Shown piece by piece: positions 28,905-39,033 of a stretch of DNA of 64,000 bases. The position numbers and the translations under genes are program-made. Source of the stretch: Thermoanaerobaculia bacterium (lineage in GTDB: Bacteria > Acidobacteriota > Thermoanaerobaculia > UBA5066); assembly GCA_038245905.1 (NCBI GenBank), contig JBBRRY010000019.1, positions 1 through 64,000 on the forward strand, given 5' to 3'. The notes under the pieces are model-generated. The model did not search any database and was not told the DNA's origin. It worked only from the letters and a program-made list of their open reading frames with translations. Position 1 is the first letter of the stretch. The number at the start of each line of letters is the position of its first letter.

Positions 28905-31900
28905 GGCACGTTCTCCGCGTTGAGCACGCGCGCATAGAGATCCCACGTCAGATCGCGCGGGCGAAGCTCGGCGAAGCGCCCCGCCGTCGTCCGGGTCACG
29001 TCCGGCCGCGGCAGATTCCGTCGCGAAAGGCTTTCGACTTCGCCTTTCAGGGCCGCGAGCGCGGGAGCTTTCCTCTCCGCGAGAGCGGCGAGGGCCTGAG
29101 CGGCGGCCGCCTTGTCGCCGGATTCCGCGGCCACGCGCGCGACGTCGGCGAGGAGGCCGTCGACCTCGGCCTTCGGGAAGCGGCGGCGCGCGAGCTCATT
29201 GGCGTCCACGAAGAGCGACGGGACGGCCGCCCGTGCCGACCGGAAGGAGCGGGTCCGCTCGAACCGGAGCACGCGCCAGCCGGGGACGTCTTCACGGCCT
29301 CCGAGAGCGGCCCAGGCCGGAGCCGCGACGGCTTCACGCGCAGGCGCGAGGCTCCGAAGGACGACGCGCGCCGAGAGAAAGTCGTACGGGTGCCGCGCGA
29401 GATGCGTGGCGAGTGTGTCGCCCCAGAAGTCGATGTCCGGCCCCTTCTTTGTCCAGAACGCGGCGGCGATCTCCCACGCGGCGGGAGCGCCGCTCGCCCG
29501 GCCTGCCGGGACGCCGGGGATCCGCCGCCACGCGTCGAATGCGTCTCGCTCTTCGGTGCGCGTTAGGGAGAGCCGCGCACGCACATGAACCCATTCGGTC
29601 CGCGCCTCGTCGGGAAGCTTGCGCAGGAGGAGGATGTCCGCGCGGACTCTCGCCTCCGCGAACGATCGGGGCTCCTCGATGCGTTGGAACCAGCGCCCCG
29701 CGGCGGCCGGATCCCGCGCGACGAGAGCCTTGGCAATCGCCGCGCGGTCGCCCGAAGGAGCGGGCCATTCTCCGCGTGCCCAGCTCTTCTCGAGATCCGC
29801 GATCGTCGCGTTCTGCGCTTCGGGGGTTGTCGCGAGCTCGAGCGAGAGCAGCCACGCCGCGAGTGGAGCGGGTCCGGCTTCGAGCTCCTTCTTCACGCGC
29901 GCGCGGAGCTTCTCTTCCGCCAGAGTGAGGGCGGCCCCGCGCGTCGAGTCGCGGAAGACCTTCAGCCACGTCACCAGGCTCGGAGCGCCCGAGGCCGTCG
30001 GTGCCGGCAGAGCATGTGCGTCCGGCACACCGGCTCCTTCTTCGCCCTCCTCGGCGGCCGGGGGCGGCGCGGCGGGAACGGCGGCGGCCGACCAGAAAAG
30101 CGGTGAAGCCCCCGGCGCCGTCGAGGTCAGCCTGTGGTCGAGGCGATTGAGCGCAGCCGCTTCGTCGCCCGAGGCGAGCTCGGCCTTGAGGAGAAGGAGC
30201 TCCATCGGCTCGCGCCGATCGAGCGTCTTCGCAGCGAAGTTGCGGAGCGGGTTCGGATCGGGCAGGGCGCGCACCGAGGCGAGAGCGTCGGCGCGGAGGC
30301 GCACGTCGACCGGCGCGAGAACGTCGCCCGCCGCCGCCCAGAAGGGCCCGAGCTTCCGCGCGGCGCGGTCGGGATAGCGAGCTGACCCCACGGACCAGAG
30401 GTCGTCGAGGTACCGGATCGTCCTGTCTCGAGAGAGGGTCTCGCCTTCCTTCTCCCAGCGAGCGGCGAGCGCGACGCGAAACGCGGCGGAGTCGGCCGGC
30501 GTGAAGCGCGCGGCGGCTTTGGGGCCCTCGACGTCCCAGAGCCACGCGAGGAGCCCCGGAGAGACCGACTTTTTCGCATCGAGCTGCTCGAGAGGCGCCG
30601 TCAGCCCGAAGTGCTTCGCCACGCTCTGCCAGGCCGTCCAGGTCTCCGGGTCGGCGCGATTCTGGCGCGAGCGGATCTCCGTGCCGAGAAGGTCGTCGGC
30701 CGCGCGGCGACCCGCCGCCGGATCATCTTTCACGAGAAGGCGCAGCCGCCTTAGCAGTCGGTCCCGCTTGCCGAGATCGGCGAAATACGTCTCGTCGAGC
30801 CGAAGCGCGAGCGGCACGTCACCGAGCCCTTCGGCGGTCCTCACGGCAAGCAGGGTCTTGTCCGTCTCGCCGCCGCGAGACGGCGACTCCAGCGGCACCC
30901 ACGGCGCATCGACCGCGCGCTCCCGCCAGCGCGAAAGGGCCTCCAGGACGTACCACGCGTCGCCGGGACGCGCGCCCCAGAGTCGGCCCGGCAGGCGCAT
31001 CGCATCGGCGCCGCCGCCCGTGAACGAGTCTTCGCCGGTCTCTCCCGAGGGACGCGGAGAAAACTCGGGCCACGTCCACTTCGGGTCGGGAGTCAGGACG
31101 TCCCCGAGGCTTCTCGGCCCCCGCAGCCGCACGATGTCCGCCGAGGACGCGGCGTCCTTCTTCCCTTCGACGAGGGCCGCGAGAGACGACGAGGCACGGG
31201 ACACCGCCGTGCGCCTCTGAGCTTCCAGCGGGTTCAGGCGGGCGGCCGCCGCCGTCCCGCGCGCGGAAAGGAGAGCCAGCCATGCCCCCCTCGTGTCGTC
31301 GTCGAGGATGTTCACGAGCGGGCGGAGGTCCCAGGCGCCGCCGGTCGCCGCCTCGAAGCGCGCGTAGGCTTCTTCCGTCCGGAACCAAGAGGCGGCGTGC
31401 GCCTTCCAGCCCGCGTGTTCGGGCGTCTCGGCGAGGCGTGCGAAGGCTTCCACCGGGAACCAGCGCGCGAACGGGAGAGGCAGCGCGTGGAGCGGTCCTG
31501 TCGAAACACGCGCTTGAAGCTCCGCAACCCGAGCCTCGAGGATCGGCACGAGAAGAGCGAGGCGATCGCGCGAGACGAGATAGGACGTCCACTCGGGGAG
31601 GAAGTCCGAGTTCGAGAAGGCAATCGTGTGGCCTTTGCTGGCCCCGGAGGCCGGTGGAACATCCTTGATGGGGCGAATACTCCGTAAGAAGGCAACAGGG
31701 GGATTGGCGCTCCAGGGGGCGCCCGCGTCGTGCCGGGATGCCAGCAGCCGTCGAGCGACTTCCTCAGAGAATCTGTGGAGCCCGGCGCGGCCGGCGAAGT
31801 CCCACCAGCGGTTGAGGGCGGCAACGTTCATGACTGGTTCGCTTCGCCCATCCGGCTTGCCGCCGCCTTCTTCTCTCTTACCCTCTAAGAACATCTGTAT

Positions 31901-34900
31901 TACTAATTGTTTCTGCAATTCGTCGAGCTGCTCGGGCTTCGCGATCCGCGCGATGACCTCCGCCGCCTCGTTCCGGAAGGACTTGTCGCCTCCGAACGCC
32001 CGAACGAGCGTCGTCAGCTTGTCGGCACGGAGAGCGATCTCCGTCCTTTCGCCGTGCGAGAGCTGCACTTCGGAGACGCGCCTGAAGTTCCCGCCGGGGA
32101 CGGCGACGGCCCACGCCTCTGCCGGACGGCCGAGAGCGAGGAAGCGGCGGGCGATGCGGGCGCGCCGTTCGGCTGCCTGGACCGCGGGCACCGCGCGGCC
32201 CTGCTCTTTCGCGTCGGCGAGCCAGGCCGCGAGCGACGCTCGCTCGACCTCGAGAGCCCGGCCCTCGTCGCCGGCCTTCACATAGAGAGAGGCGCGCCAC
32301 GAAGCCACGTTTTCGTCGCCCGCACGCGCCTTCGCCCAGGCCCCGAGAAAATCCGCCGCTTCCCGAAAGCGGTCCGCCCGCTCGAGAAGCGCGACCGTCT
32401 CCCGGTGCTGGCTCTCCCTTTCGGGCGCCACGAGCACCGCTTCCTTCGAGACGGCGATCGCGCCGTCGAGGTCGCCCGCAAACGTGCGGATCTCGCGAAC
32501 GGCCACCGCCCAGCGCACGTCGCGCGGGCTGTGCGCGCGCTGCGTTTCGAAGAACCCGAGCAGGTGCTTCTCGCGACCTGAGGCGACGGCCAGCCGGCAA
32601 ACCTCGCCAAGGAAGCCCCGATCCAGCCGCAGGTTCAACGCTTCGATGAAGAGGTCCACGGCCTCGGCGTTCCTGCCTTCTTCGCTCGCGGCTCGCGCGA
32701 AAGCAGCCCAGAGATCCGCCTTCTTGTTCTCGGGAAGAGCAGCCGCCGCTTTCCTGCCGCTCGCGACGAGGTCGACAGGAGCGCCGCTCCGGAGAGAGAG
32801 GCGGGCGTCGAGAGAAGCGGCGGCGATGCGCTTGTCGTCGTCGAGGGCGAGCGCGGCCATCGCTCGGAGGGCCCGCTGCGCCCGCGCAAGGTCGCCCCGG
32901 TCGAGCGATTCCTTCGCGAGGCGCTCGGTCAGGCGCTCCCGGTGCCCCGCCGCCGCTGCGCCGGCGGTCTTCTCGAGAAGATCGAGGCCTTCGGACGCGC
33001 GGCCCGAGCGGAAGAGAAACGCGAGCCGGTCCTCGAAGACGCCGAGCGACCAGGGATAACGCTTGCCCAGCGCCGCCCACAGCCCGTTCGCGTCCCCCTT
33101 CGTGTCTTCGGCGAAACCCGCGGCCCCGGCGAGATGGTGCATCTTCGTCGCGGCCTCCGGCAGGGCCTCGATGCGCGGTCCGAGCGATTTCCAGAGGGCC
33201 GCGGCCTGATCCGCGCGCCCGTGTCCCGAGAGGAAGTGCGCCCGTGCGATCTCGGCCTCGATGCGCTTCTCCTCGGTCGGCGCGAGCGCGGCCTCGCGGG
33301 CGAGAAGTGCGTCGTCGAAGTCCGCGTCGCGTGCCGGATCGGGAGCGAACCGTCGGTCCAGGATCTGGCCCCGCCGTTGCCGAAGCGCGCCGAGAAATCC
33401 GGAGCGCGTCGCGGCGGAGATCATCGCGTGCGTCTTCGCGACGAGCGCGGTGCCAACGCGGAGGAGTCCGCCCCCTTCCGCGGTCTGAGCGCCTTCTCGC
33501 GCGTCGGCGCGACGCTCCCGCCCCACGGCGTCGTTCGGCCGGTCCATCCAGTCGTCCCATGCGTCGGCTTCCTCTGGCGCGAGCGTGAGAAGTGAGAGCA
33601 ACGAGACGAGCGTTTCCTCGTCCCCCGCCTCGCCGGGCCGGAGAGCCGCGATGCGCCTCCCGACCAGCTCCTGGACGCGCGGCCGGCCCATGAGCCGCGC
33701 GAGGCGCTGCGACGCCCGCGGGTCGCCCCAGGACCAGCGTCCTCTGCCGCCGCCGTCCTCTCCGCGAAGAGCGGAGAGGTATTCGTCGACGGCCCCCGGG
33801 AGGTCGCGCACCTCTTCGCGCAGGATGCCTGCCTCGAACGCGTGCATGCCCGGGCGGCCGAGCCGCGCGCGGCCTGACTCGAGCGTCTCGAGCGCCTCCG
33901 CCATGCGGCCGTAGTCCCAGAAGATTGTCGCGACTTCCAGAATGCGCGCCGGGTCGCGCGGCGACGCCGCCATGACGTTTCGCCAGGCCTCACCCGCGGG
34001 GCCCGGGCGATCGAGGTCCTGCCAGGTCTCGCCTGCCGAGGTGTAGACGGCTGCCGGGTCTTCGAGGGCGGGCGCGACCGCGCGCGCGATGCGCTCCACG
34101 GCCGACGCGTGCGCGGCGTCGAGACCGGAGAGCGAGCGGTGCAGGGACATGGCCTGCTGCGCGATCGGTCCGTTGCCCGGATACGCCTCGGCGAGACGAT
34201 CGGCGAAGGGTGTGGCGCGCTCGAACTGCGACAGGCGCGCCCAGCCATCCAGAAGTAGGACGTTTTCCACCGGTGTTCTCACGGGGAGCGCCTCGAGCTC
34301 GACGAGAAACGCTTCGAGCCGTCCCCGCTTCACGAAATCGTCGAGGAGGCGTTGCCGCCGCGCGGAGTCCTCGAAGAGCAGGGCGTCCTGGCGGGGCTTG
34401 AGGAACGCGTCGGGAACGACCCCTCGCTCCTTCCAGTCCACCGGGCGGCTCCACCGCGGGTTGTCGAAGACCGATCGAAGAATCAGGTGGGACTCCGCCT
34501 GCCGCAGGACCTCGGGGCTGGCCGGGAAGCGGTCCAGGGCCTTGAGGCGAAGGTAGTCGCCGAAGCGGACGTAAGGATTCGGCTGTGCCTCGGCCGGGAC
34601 CGTCTCGAGGATGTTTGGATCCCGGCTGAAGATGTCGGCGGCCCGGAAGCGCGCCACGACGTCGTCGGCGAGAGTCTTCAGCTCCGTTGTCTTCTGCCGC
34701 CTCGCGTACCAGCGGGCGAGGCGGTTCCACCACTCCGGCCCGCCGAAGCTCTCCAGCGCCGCGCGATAGCGGGCATCGAGGCCGTCGTCCAGCTTCCAGC
34801 CGCCGATCTGGTCCGCCGACCATCGCCAGAGGCTTTCCGCGCCCGGAAGCCGGTCGAGCTCGCCGAGAAGGAGCGTCAGGGAAAGGCGGTGCGAGCGGTC

Positions 34901-36595
34901 GAGACCAGAAAGCCGCGTGATGGCTTCCCGGAGCGCGGGACCATAGACGTCCCGCGCAGCCGGGCGGCCCTCCCCCTCGCGCGCTTGCGCGGGAGCTTCC
35001 AGAGTCGGCATCGAGCCTGCCGGTGCGAGGAGCTTCAGGCGCTCGCTCCAGAGCGCGGCCTCGCGCTCCGGCTGCGGCTTCGTCTGCCTGAGGGCGAGAA
35101 GGACGACGCGCCGGGCCTCGGCCCGCGTGGCTTCGTCGCCCGCGTCGGCTTTCGGCAAGAGCTTCAGGGCGCTGTCTCCCTCGCCGCGCTCTACGTGTCG
35201 CGCCATGATCGCGACGGTGAGCCCCGGCAGCTTCGGATGTTTCGGGGCGCGCTTTTCCAGCTCGGCCGCGAGGAGCCGGGCGGCGGCAAACGTGCGGTCG
35301 GGCAGCCGGCGCGCCTCCAGCTCGGCGAGCGCGCGTTCCTTCTCGAATCCGGTGAGAAGCAGCGAGAGACCTCCCGTCAAGAAGCCGGGAGTCACGTCGA
35401 TGCGAGCGGCCCACCGGTAGGACTCGTCGTTGTACACGCCCCACGCGAGCGGCCGCCCTCCCGCCTTGAGGGCGAGCTCTGCCAGGGTCTCGAGGTCGTC
35501 GAGCTTTTCGGCGGGAGTTCCCGTCGAAGCGGCGGCGAGCCGCGCGCGAAACGCCTCGGGCACTCCGTCGACGGATTCCCAGAGACGGGCGGTGAGGAGC
35601 CACGCGCCACGGTCGAACGAGGCCGCGTGGCGCCGCTCGATCTGTGTCAGGAGCTCGAACGCGAGGTCGCCGCGGCTCTTCCCTTCGAAGTAGCGGGCAA
35701 GAAGGAGAAACGCCTTCGGGTCGAACGAGCGTTCCAGCGCGAATCGCCAGCCGTCCAGCTTCGCGCGGGCCGCTTCATCCGCGCGGCGCGCGAAAACCTG
35801 GAGCGTCTGCGGATCGGGCCGCCTCGACGCATCCCCTACGAAGGCTTCGAGCACCGCATACGCGCCGACCGGGTCTCCGTGGGTGCCCTTCAGGTCGGAG
35901 GCAAGTACCGCCCGGCGCTCGTCCGGCAGAGCCGCCGCCATCCTGAGCGCGTCCTCGGCTTCGTGCAGCCGGCCGGCGGCCTCGAGGGAGCGGATCCAGT
36001 CCTCCGTAAACGCCGGGTCCCGGGGAAAGAGCGCGGCCCGGTCCGCTTTCATCGAGAGGGGCTCGGCGACGTCCGGATGTGCCTCGGCCCACCCGATCCG
36101 TTCGGTGGCGAGGGCGCGCTTCTCGCCGTCGGAAAGGCCCGGAAGCGCTTTCGCGGCACAGGCGAATGCAAAGGTCCACGACCGGTAACGCGCGCCCCAG
36201 CGGGCGGCCTCGGCCCACGCCGCGGGCGCGGCCCCGCCGCTCCGGGACGCCCACTCGGAGAGCGCCTTCTCGGCGCCCGCGCGATCTCCCAGCTCGCGGC
36301 GCGCTTCGGCCAGGTGCCGGAAAGCGACGAGCGCGTTCGTCCCGTCCGCCGCGGCGACTCCCGAAGTCGCCGCTTCGAGCGAGGCGGCCAGCTCCCGAGT
36401 CGGCGCGGGGTAATGCACCGTCCGCCCGTCCACGACCGCGCGGCGCGTTGCGATCGACATCAGAAACTCGCCGTCAGAAAGCTCGGTCCACGGGATGACG
36501 GAGGAAGACGGAGAGGGAGACGACGAAGAAGAGAACCCTTGCTCAGAAAGTGAAAACAGGACGATGACCGCCAGCGCGCCTTTTCTCTCTCTCAT
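28901..36595 (-). CDS. Giant (~2564 aa) exported TPR-like alpha-solenoid protein
   Basis: Start re-called to ATG 36595 (ATGA overlap); hydrophobic N-terminus; TPR-like helix pairs such as AGETWQDLDRPGPAGEAWRNVM and VATIFWDYGRMAEALETLE. Confidence 0.75.
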   Translation of the reverse strand: MRERKGALAVIVLFSLSEQGFSSSSSPSPSSSVIPWTELSDGEFLMSIATRRAVVDGRTVHYPAPTRELAASLEAATSGVAAADGTNALVAFRHLAEARRELGDRAGAEKALSEWASRSGGAAPAAWAEAARWGARYRSWTFAFACAAKALPGLSDGEKRALATERIGWAEAHPDVAEPLSMKADRAALFPRDPAFTEDWIRSLEAAGRLHEAEDALRMAAALPDERRAVLASDLKGTHGDPVGAYAVLEAFVGDASRRPDPQTLQVFARRADEAARAKLDGWRFALERSFDPKAFLLLARYFEGKSRGDLAFELLTQIERRHAASFDRGAWLLTARLWESVDGVPEAFRARLAAASTGTPAEKLDDLETLAELALKAGGRPLAWGVYNDESYRWAARIDVTPGFLTGGLSLLLTGFEKERALAELEARRLPDRTFAAARLLAAELEKRAPKHPKLPGLTVAIMARHVERGEGDSALKLLPKADAGDEATRAEARRVVLLALRQTKPQPEREAALWSERLKLLAPAGSMPTLEAPAQAREGEGRPAARDVYGPALREAITRLSGLDRSHRLSLTLLLGELDRLPGAESLWRWSADQIGGWKLDDGLDARYRAALESFGGPEWWNRLARWYARRQKTTELKTLADDVVARFRAADIFSRDPNILETVPAEAQPNPYVRFGDYLRLKALDRFPASPEVLRQAESHLILRSVFDNPRWSRPVDWKERGVVPDAFLKPRQDALLFEDSARRQRLLDDFVKRGRLEAFLVELEALPVRTPVENVLLLDGWARLSQFERATPFADRLAEAYPGNGPIAQQAMSLHRSLSGLDAAHASAVERIARAVAPALEDPAAVYTSAGETWQDLDRPGPAGEAWRNVMAASPRDPARILEVATIFWDYGRMAEALETLESGRARLGRPGMHAFEAGILREEVRDLPGAVDEYLSALRGEDGGGRGRWSWGDPRASQRLARLMGRPRVQELVGRRIAALRPGEAGDEETLVSLLSLLTLAPEEADAWDDWMDRPNDAVGRERRADAREGAQTAEGGGLLRVGTALVAKTHAMISAATRSGFLGALRQRRGQILDRRFAPDPARDADFDDALLAREAALAPTEEKRIEAEIARAHFLSGHGRADQAAALWKSLGPRIEALPEAATKMHHLAGAAGFAEDTKGDANGLWAALGKRYPWSLGVFEDRLAFLFRSGRASEGLDLLEKTAGAAAAGHRERLTERLAKESLDRGDLARAQRALRAMAALALDDDKRIAAASLDARLSLRSGAPVDLVASGRKAAAALPENKKADLWAAFARAASEEGRNAEAVDLFIEALNLRLDRGFLGEVCRLAVASGREKHLLGFFETQRAHSPRDVRWAVAVREIRTFAGDLDGAIAVSKEAVLVAPERESQHRETVALLERADRFREAADFLGAWAKARAGDENVASWRASLYVKAGDEGRALEVERASLAAWLADAKEQGRAVPAVQAAERRARIARRFLALGRPAEAWAVAVPGGNFRRVSEVQLSHGERTEIALRADKLTTLVRAFGGDKSFRNEAAEVIARIAKPEQLDELQKQLVIQMFLEGKREEGGGKPDGRSEPVMNVAALNRWWDFAGRAGLHRFSEEVARRLLASRHDAGAPWSANPPVAFLRSIRPIKDVPPASGASKGHTIAFSNSDFLPEWTSYLVSRDRLALLVPILEARVAELQARVSTGPLHALPLPFARWFPVEAFARLAETPEHAGWKAHAASWFRTEEAYARFEAATGGAWDLRPLVNILDDDTRGAWLALLSARGTAAAARLNPLEAQRRTAVSRASSSLAALVEGKKDAASSADIVRLRGPRSLGDVLTPDPKWTWPEFSPRPSGETGEDSFTGGGADAMRLPGRLWGARPGDAWYVLEALSRWRERAVDAPWVPLESPSRGGETDKTLLAVRTAEGLGDVPLALRLDETYFADLGKRDRLLRRLRLLVKDDPAAGRRAADDLLGTEIRSRQNRADPETWTAWQSVAKHFGLTAPLEQLDAKKSVSPGLLAWLWDVEGPKAAARFTPADSAAFRVALAARWEKEGETLSRDRTIRYLDDLWSVGSARYPDRAARKLGPFWAAAGDVLAPVDVRLRADALASVRALPDPNPLRNFAAKTLDRREPMELLLLKAELASGDEAAALNRLDHRLTSTAPGASPLFWSAAAVPAAPPPAAEEGEEGAGVPDAHALPAPTASGAPSLVTWLKVFRDSTRGAALTLAEEKLRARVKKELEAGPAPLAAWLLSLELATTPEAQNATIADLEKSWARGEWPAPSGDRAAIAKALVARDPAAAGRWFQRIEEPRSFAEARVRADILLLRKLPDEARTEWVHVRARLSLTRTEERDAFDAWRRIPGVPAGRASGAPAAWEIAAAFWTKKGPDIDFWGDTLATHLARHPYDFLSARVVLRSLAPAREAVAAPAWAALGGREDVPGWRVLRFERTRSFRSARAAVPSLFVDANELARRRFPKAEVDGLLADVARVAAESGDKAAAAQALAALAERKAPALAALKGEVESLSRRNLPRPDVTRTTAGRFAELRPRDLTWDLYARVLNAENVP

Positions 36596-39033
36596 CTGAC
36601 TTCCACCGTCGTTCTTGCGAAACCATGGTTCCCTGCGCCGTCCGTGGCCTCGAAGAAGATCTGCCTCGCTCCCGCGGCACCGGGCGGGACGAAAAGCTCG
36701 CCCACCGAGCGCTTCGACGACCGATCCCAACGAAGGGGAACGGGCGGGCCTTCGCCGAGGCGCGCGGCCAGGAAGACGACGTCCGAATCGGCGCGCACCG
36801 AGACACGGAGCGTCCGCCCCGGAGCTGCCGGACCGGGGGGATCGGGAAGGATGACGGGTGGCGTTCCGTCGACAACGAGGTACTTCGTCTCGACGAGCGT
36901 GCGGCCCGACACGTCGTGGAGAACGATACGGAGAGGCAGCCTTCCGTCGGGCAGACCCTCCGGGACGAGAAAGCGCCCTTCCCATACGCGGCTGTTCGGG
37001 CGGCGCACGAGGTCGACCCGCTTCCCGAAGGGCAGCAGCGCGGAAGCGGAAACGATGCCCGGGTCCGCTTCGATGCGGATGACCGGATCTCCCGGCTGGA
37101 TGCGCCGCGGGCGAAGCAGCGACCGTGGCGCGGCAAGGAACGCCGTGTAGGGCGTTACGAACTTGTACCGGCGCGAGAGGGCGAGGATCTCGTCCACCCA
37201 CTCGCGCTTCTCACCCTCGAGCTCGATCAGCCTGAGCAGCTCGTCGACGCGCGCGCGCGCCCACCGGCGGGGAAGGTCGCGCGCCTCGAGCGCCGTCTCG
37301 GGGAATGGCGTCGTCACGGAGAGGGGCTCGCCGGAAGCGTCCCTGAGCATGAGAGTGGCCGACGCGAGAGGAACGGCATACCGTCCAATCCAGCCCGAGA
37401 GCGACCCCCGCGCCGGCGGCTGCGTCAACACGGCGTAGACGTCGCGCAGCTTCGGGTCGCCGCCCGAAACCGTGAACGGAACGTCGCCGCGTTCTCTCCT
37501 CGACATGGAGGGTGTCGGCTTCGGCGCGGGTGCGGCCGTCTCGAAGAGACGCCGGTAGAAGAGCGTCGCTTCGGCCGTCTCGCCCGAGGATGCAGTCGCC
37601 GTCGCGAGCGGGAGGAGCGCCGCGGAGGCAACGGCGTAGCTCTCGCGTGTCTCTTCTCCGGTCAGGATCGTGAAGAGCGGAATGCCCCCGCGCGCGGCGA
37701 CGAGATCGCCGCTCGGCCCGACGCCGTCCGTGAGGAGGACGATCCGCCCGGACCCTCCCACCGCTTTCGCCCCGGCCTTTACCGCCGCGGCCACGTCGGT
37801 CCCCGGCGCGAGCAGCCGGGCACGGAGGGCGACGAGCGCCGCCTGCCTCGCCGCGGGCGAGGCCGCGACCACCCCGGCGGTGTCCGGCGCGGGAGAGCGA
37901 TCGAAGGGGATGAGAACGAAGCGATCCTTCTCGCTGAGGGAGTCGAGGATCTTCACGAGGGCGCCATAAGCCGCCTCGAGGCCGCCCCAGCGATGCGAGA
38001 GCGAGGTGTCGAACAGGAGGGCGAGCGTGAGTGGCGCTCGGTGGCTCGACTCCGCAGGCCCACTCGCGGCCGCCGGGCTCGTCGCGCCGGCACCCGGCCG
38101 ATATTGCAGGAGAAAGAATCCGTCCTTTTCCGGCGGAATCTCCGACGGACGCTCCCAGGGCGCGAGTGCGAGCCCGTCCGGGAGCGCTCCGGACGGATTC
38201 CGGAAGGCGGACACCGTGAGCGGCGCGGAGGACGCCGGGCGGAAGCGCAGGACGACGTCCTTCTCCAGCTTCACGTTCGTACCGGAAAAGACCGCCTCGT
38301 TGCCCGTCCGCGAAAGCTCGAGGCCGCCGCCGACCGGCGGCTCGAGTGTTCCGTCGAGGAGCGTCACGCGCACACGCAGGCTCCCAGCGACGGGCGGCTC
38401 GCCGTCCCTCGGCCTGAACGCGATGCGAAACTCGCCGACTCCGTCCAGCCAGGGCACCTCCTGCTGGTACTCGAGCTCGAGGCGCTTCGTGCCGAGCGCG
38501 GGAATCGGCGCCACCTTGACCGAGAAGACCGCGCCTCCCGAGGATCGGTCCGCCGCGCGACCGGAGGAGCCCTTGTCGCGGTCTTCTTCCTCTCCCTGTT
38601 GGAGAAGGCCGGGATCGATGCGCTGCGTCGTGAGGTCGCGATAGATCGCGCGCGCCCGCCGCTTTTCGAGAATAACGCCGGGAATGCGCGTGAGGCCGTC
38701 CCACACCGCGAAGTCCCCGACCGCGCCCGAGGCCGGAAGTGCGAAGCGCCACGTGCCTTCCTGAACGGCCCCGGTGTGGTTTTCGAAGACCTGCCGCACG
38801 TTCACGCGCGCATATCCGCGGACGATTCCCGCATCGATCTCCATGGAACGCAGCGAGAGCACGCGGAGATCCGGGTGGCCGGTGGACGTCGGAACGAGAA
38901 GACCGGTCTGCGAAAGACCCGGAAAAGAGACAGAGATGGTTACAAACAAGAGAACGAACGTGATCGGGAGATTTGCAATCTTCCGCTTCCGCCTTGACGG
39001 GCTGGCACCGAAGGGTATCTCCAGCAAAGTCAT
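36592..39033 (-). CDS. Exported VIT (vault/inter-alpha-trypsin) plus vWA domain protein
   Basis: VIT: ARVNVRQVFENHTGAVQEGTWRFALP...FAVW; vWA MIDAS FDTSLS, GTD, LLTDG; C-terminal SRRYKFVTPYTAFL as in ITIH-like proteins. Confidence 0.85.
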   Translation of the reverse strand: MTLLEIPFGASPSRRKRKIANLPITFVLLFVTISVSFPGLSQTGLLVPTSTGHPDLRVLSLRSMEIDAGIVRGYARVNVRQVFENHTGAVQEGTWRFALPASGAVGDFAVWDGLTRIPGVILEKRRARAIYRDLTTQRIDPGLLQQGEEEDRDKGSSGRAADRSSGGAVFSVKVAPIPALGTKRLELEYQQEVPWLDGVGEFRIAFRPRDGEPPVAGSLRVRVTLLDGTLEPPVGGGLELSRTGNEAVFSGTNVKLEKDVVLRFRPASSAPLTVSAFRNPSGALPDGLALAPWERPSEIPPEKDGFFLLQYRPGAGATSPAAASGPAESSHRAPLTLALLFDTSLSHRWGGLEAAYGALVKILDSLSEKDRFVLIPFDRSPAPDTAGVVAASPAARQAALVALRARLLAPGTDVAAAVKAGAKAVGGSGRIVLLTDGVGPSGDLVAARGGIPLFTILTGEETRESYAVASAALLPLATATASSGETAEATLFYRRLFETAAPAPKPTPSMSRRERGDVPFTVSGGDPKLRDVYAVLTQPPARGSLSGWIGRYAVPLASATLMLRDASGEPLSVTTPFPETALEARDLPRRWARARVDELLRLIELEGEKREWVDEILALSRRYKFVTPYTAFLAAPRSLLRPRRIQPGDPVIRIEADPGIVSASALLPFGKRVDLVRRPNSRVWEGRFLVPEGLPDGRLPLRIVLHDVSGRTLVETKYLVVDGTPPVILPDPPGPAAPGRTLRVSVRADSDVVFLAARLGEGPPVPLRWDRSSKRSVGELFVPPGAAGARQIFFEATDGAGNHGFARTTVEVR

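Noticed and set aside
36596-37201. ORF-track N-terminal extensions (TPR giant to 37201; similarly 27885, 9859, 19118, 42318, 55732, 60832)
   Set aside because: They overlap neighbouring real genes; internal starts with signal peptides, RBS or ATGA coupling fit better.
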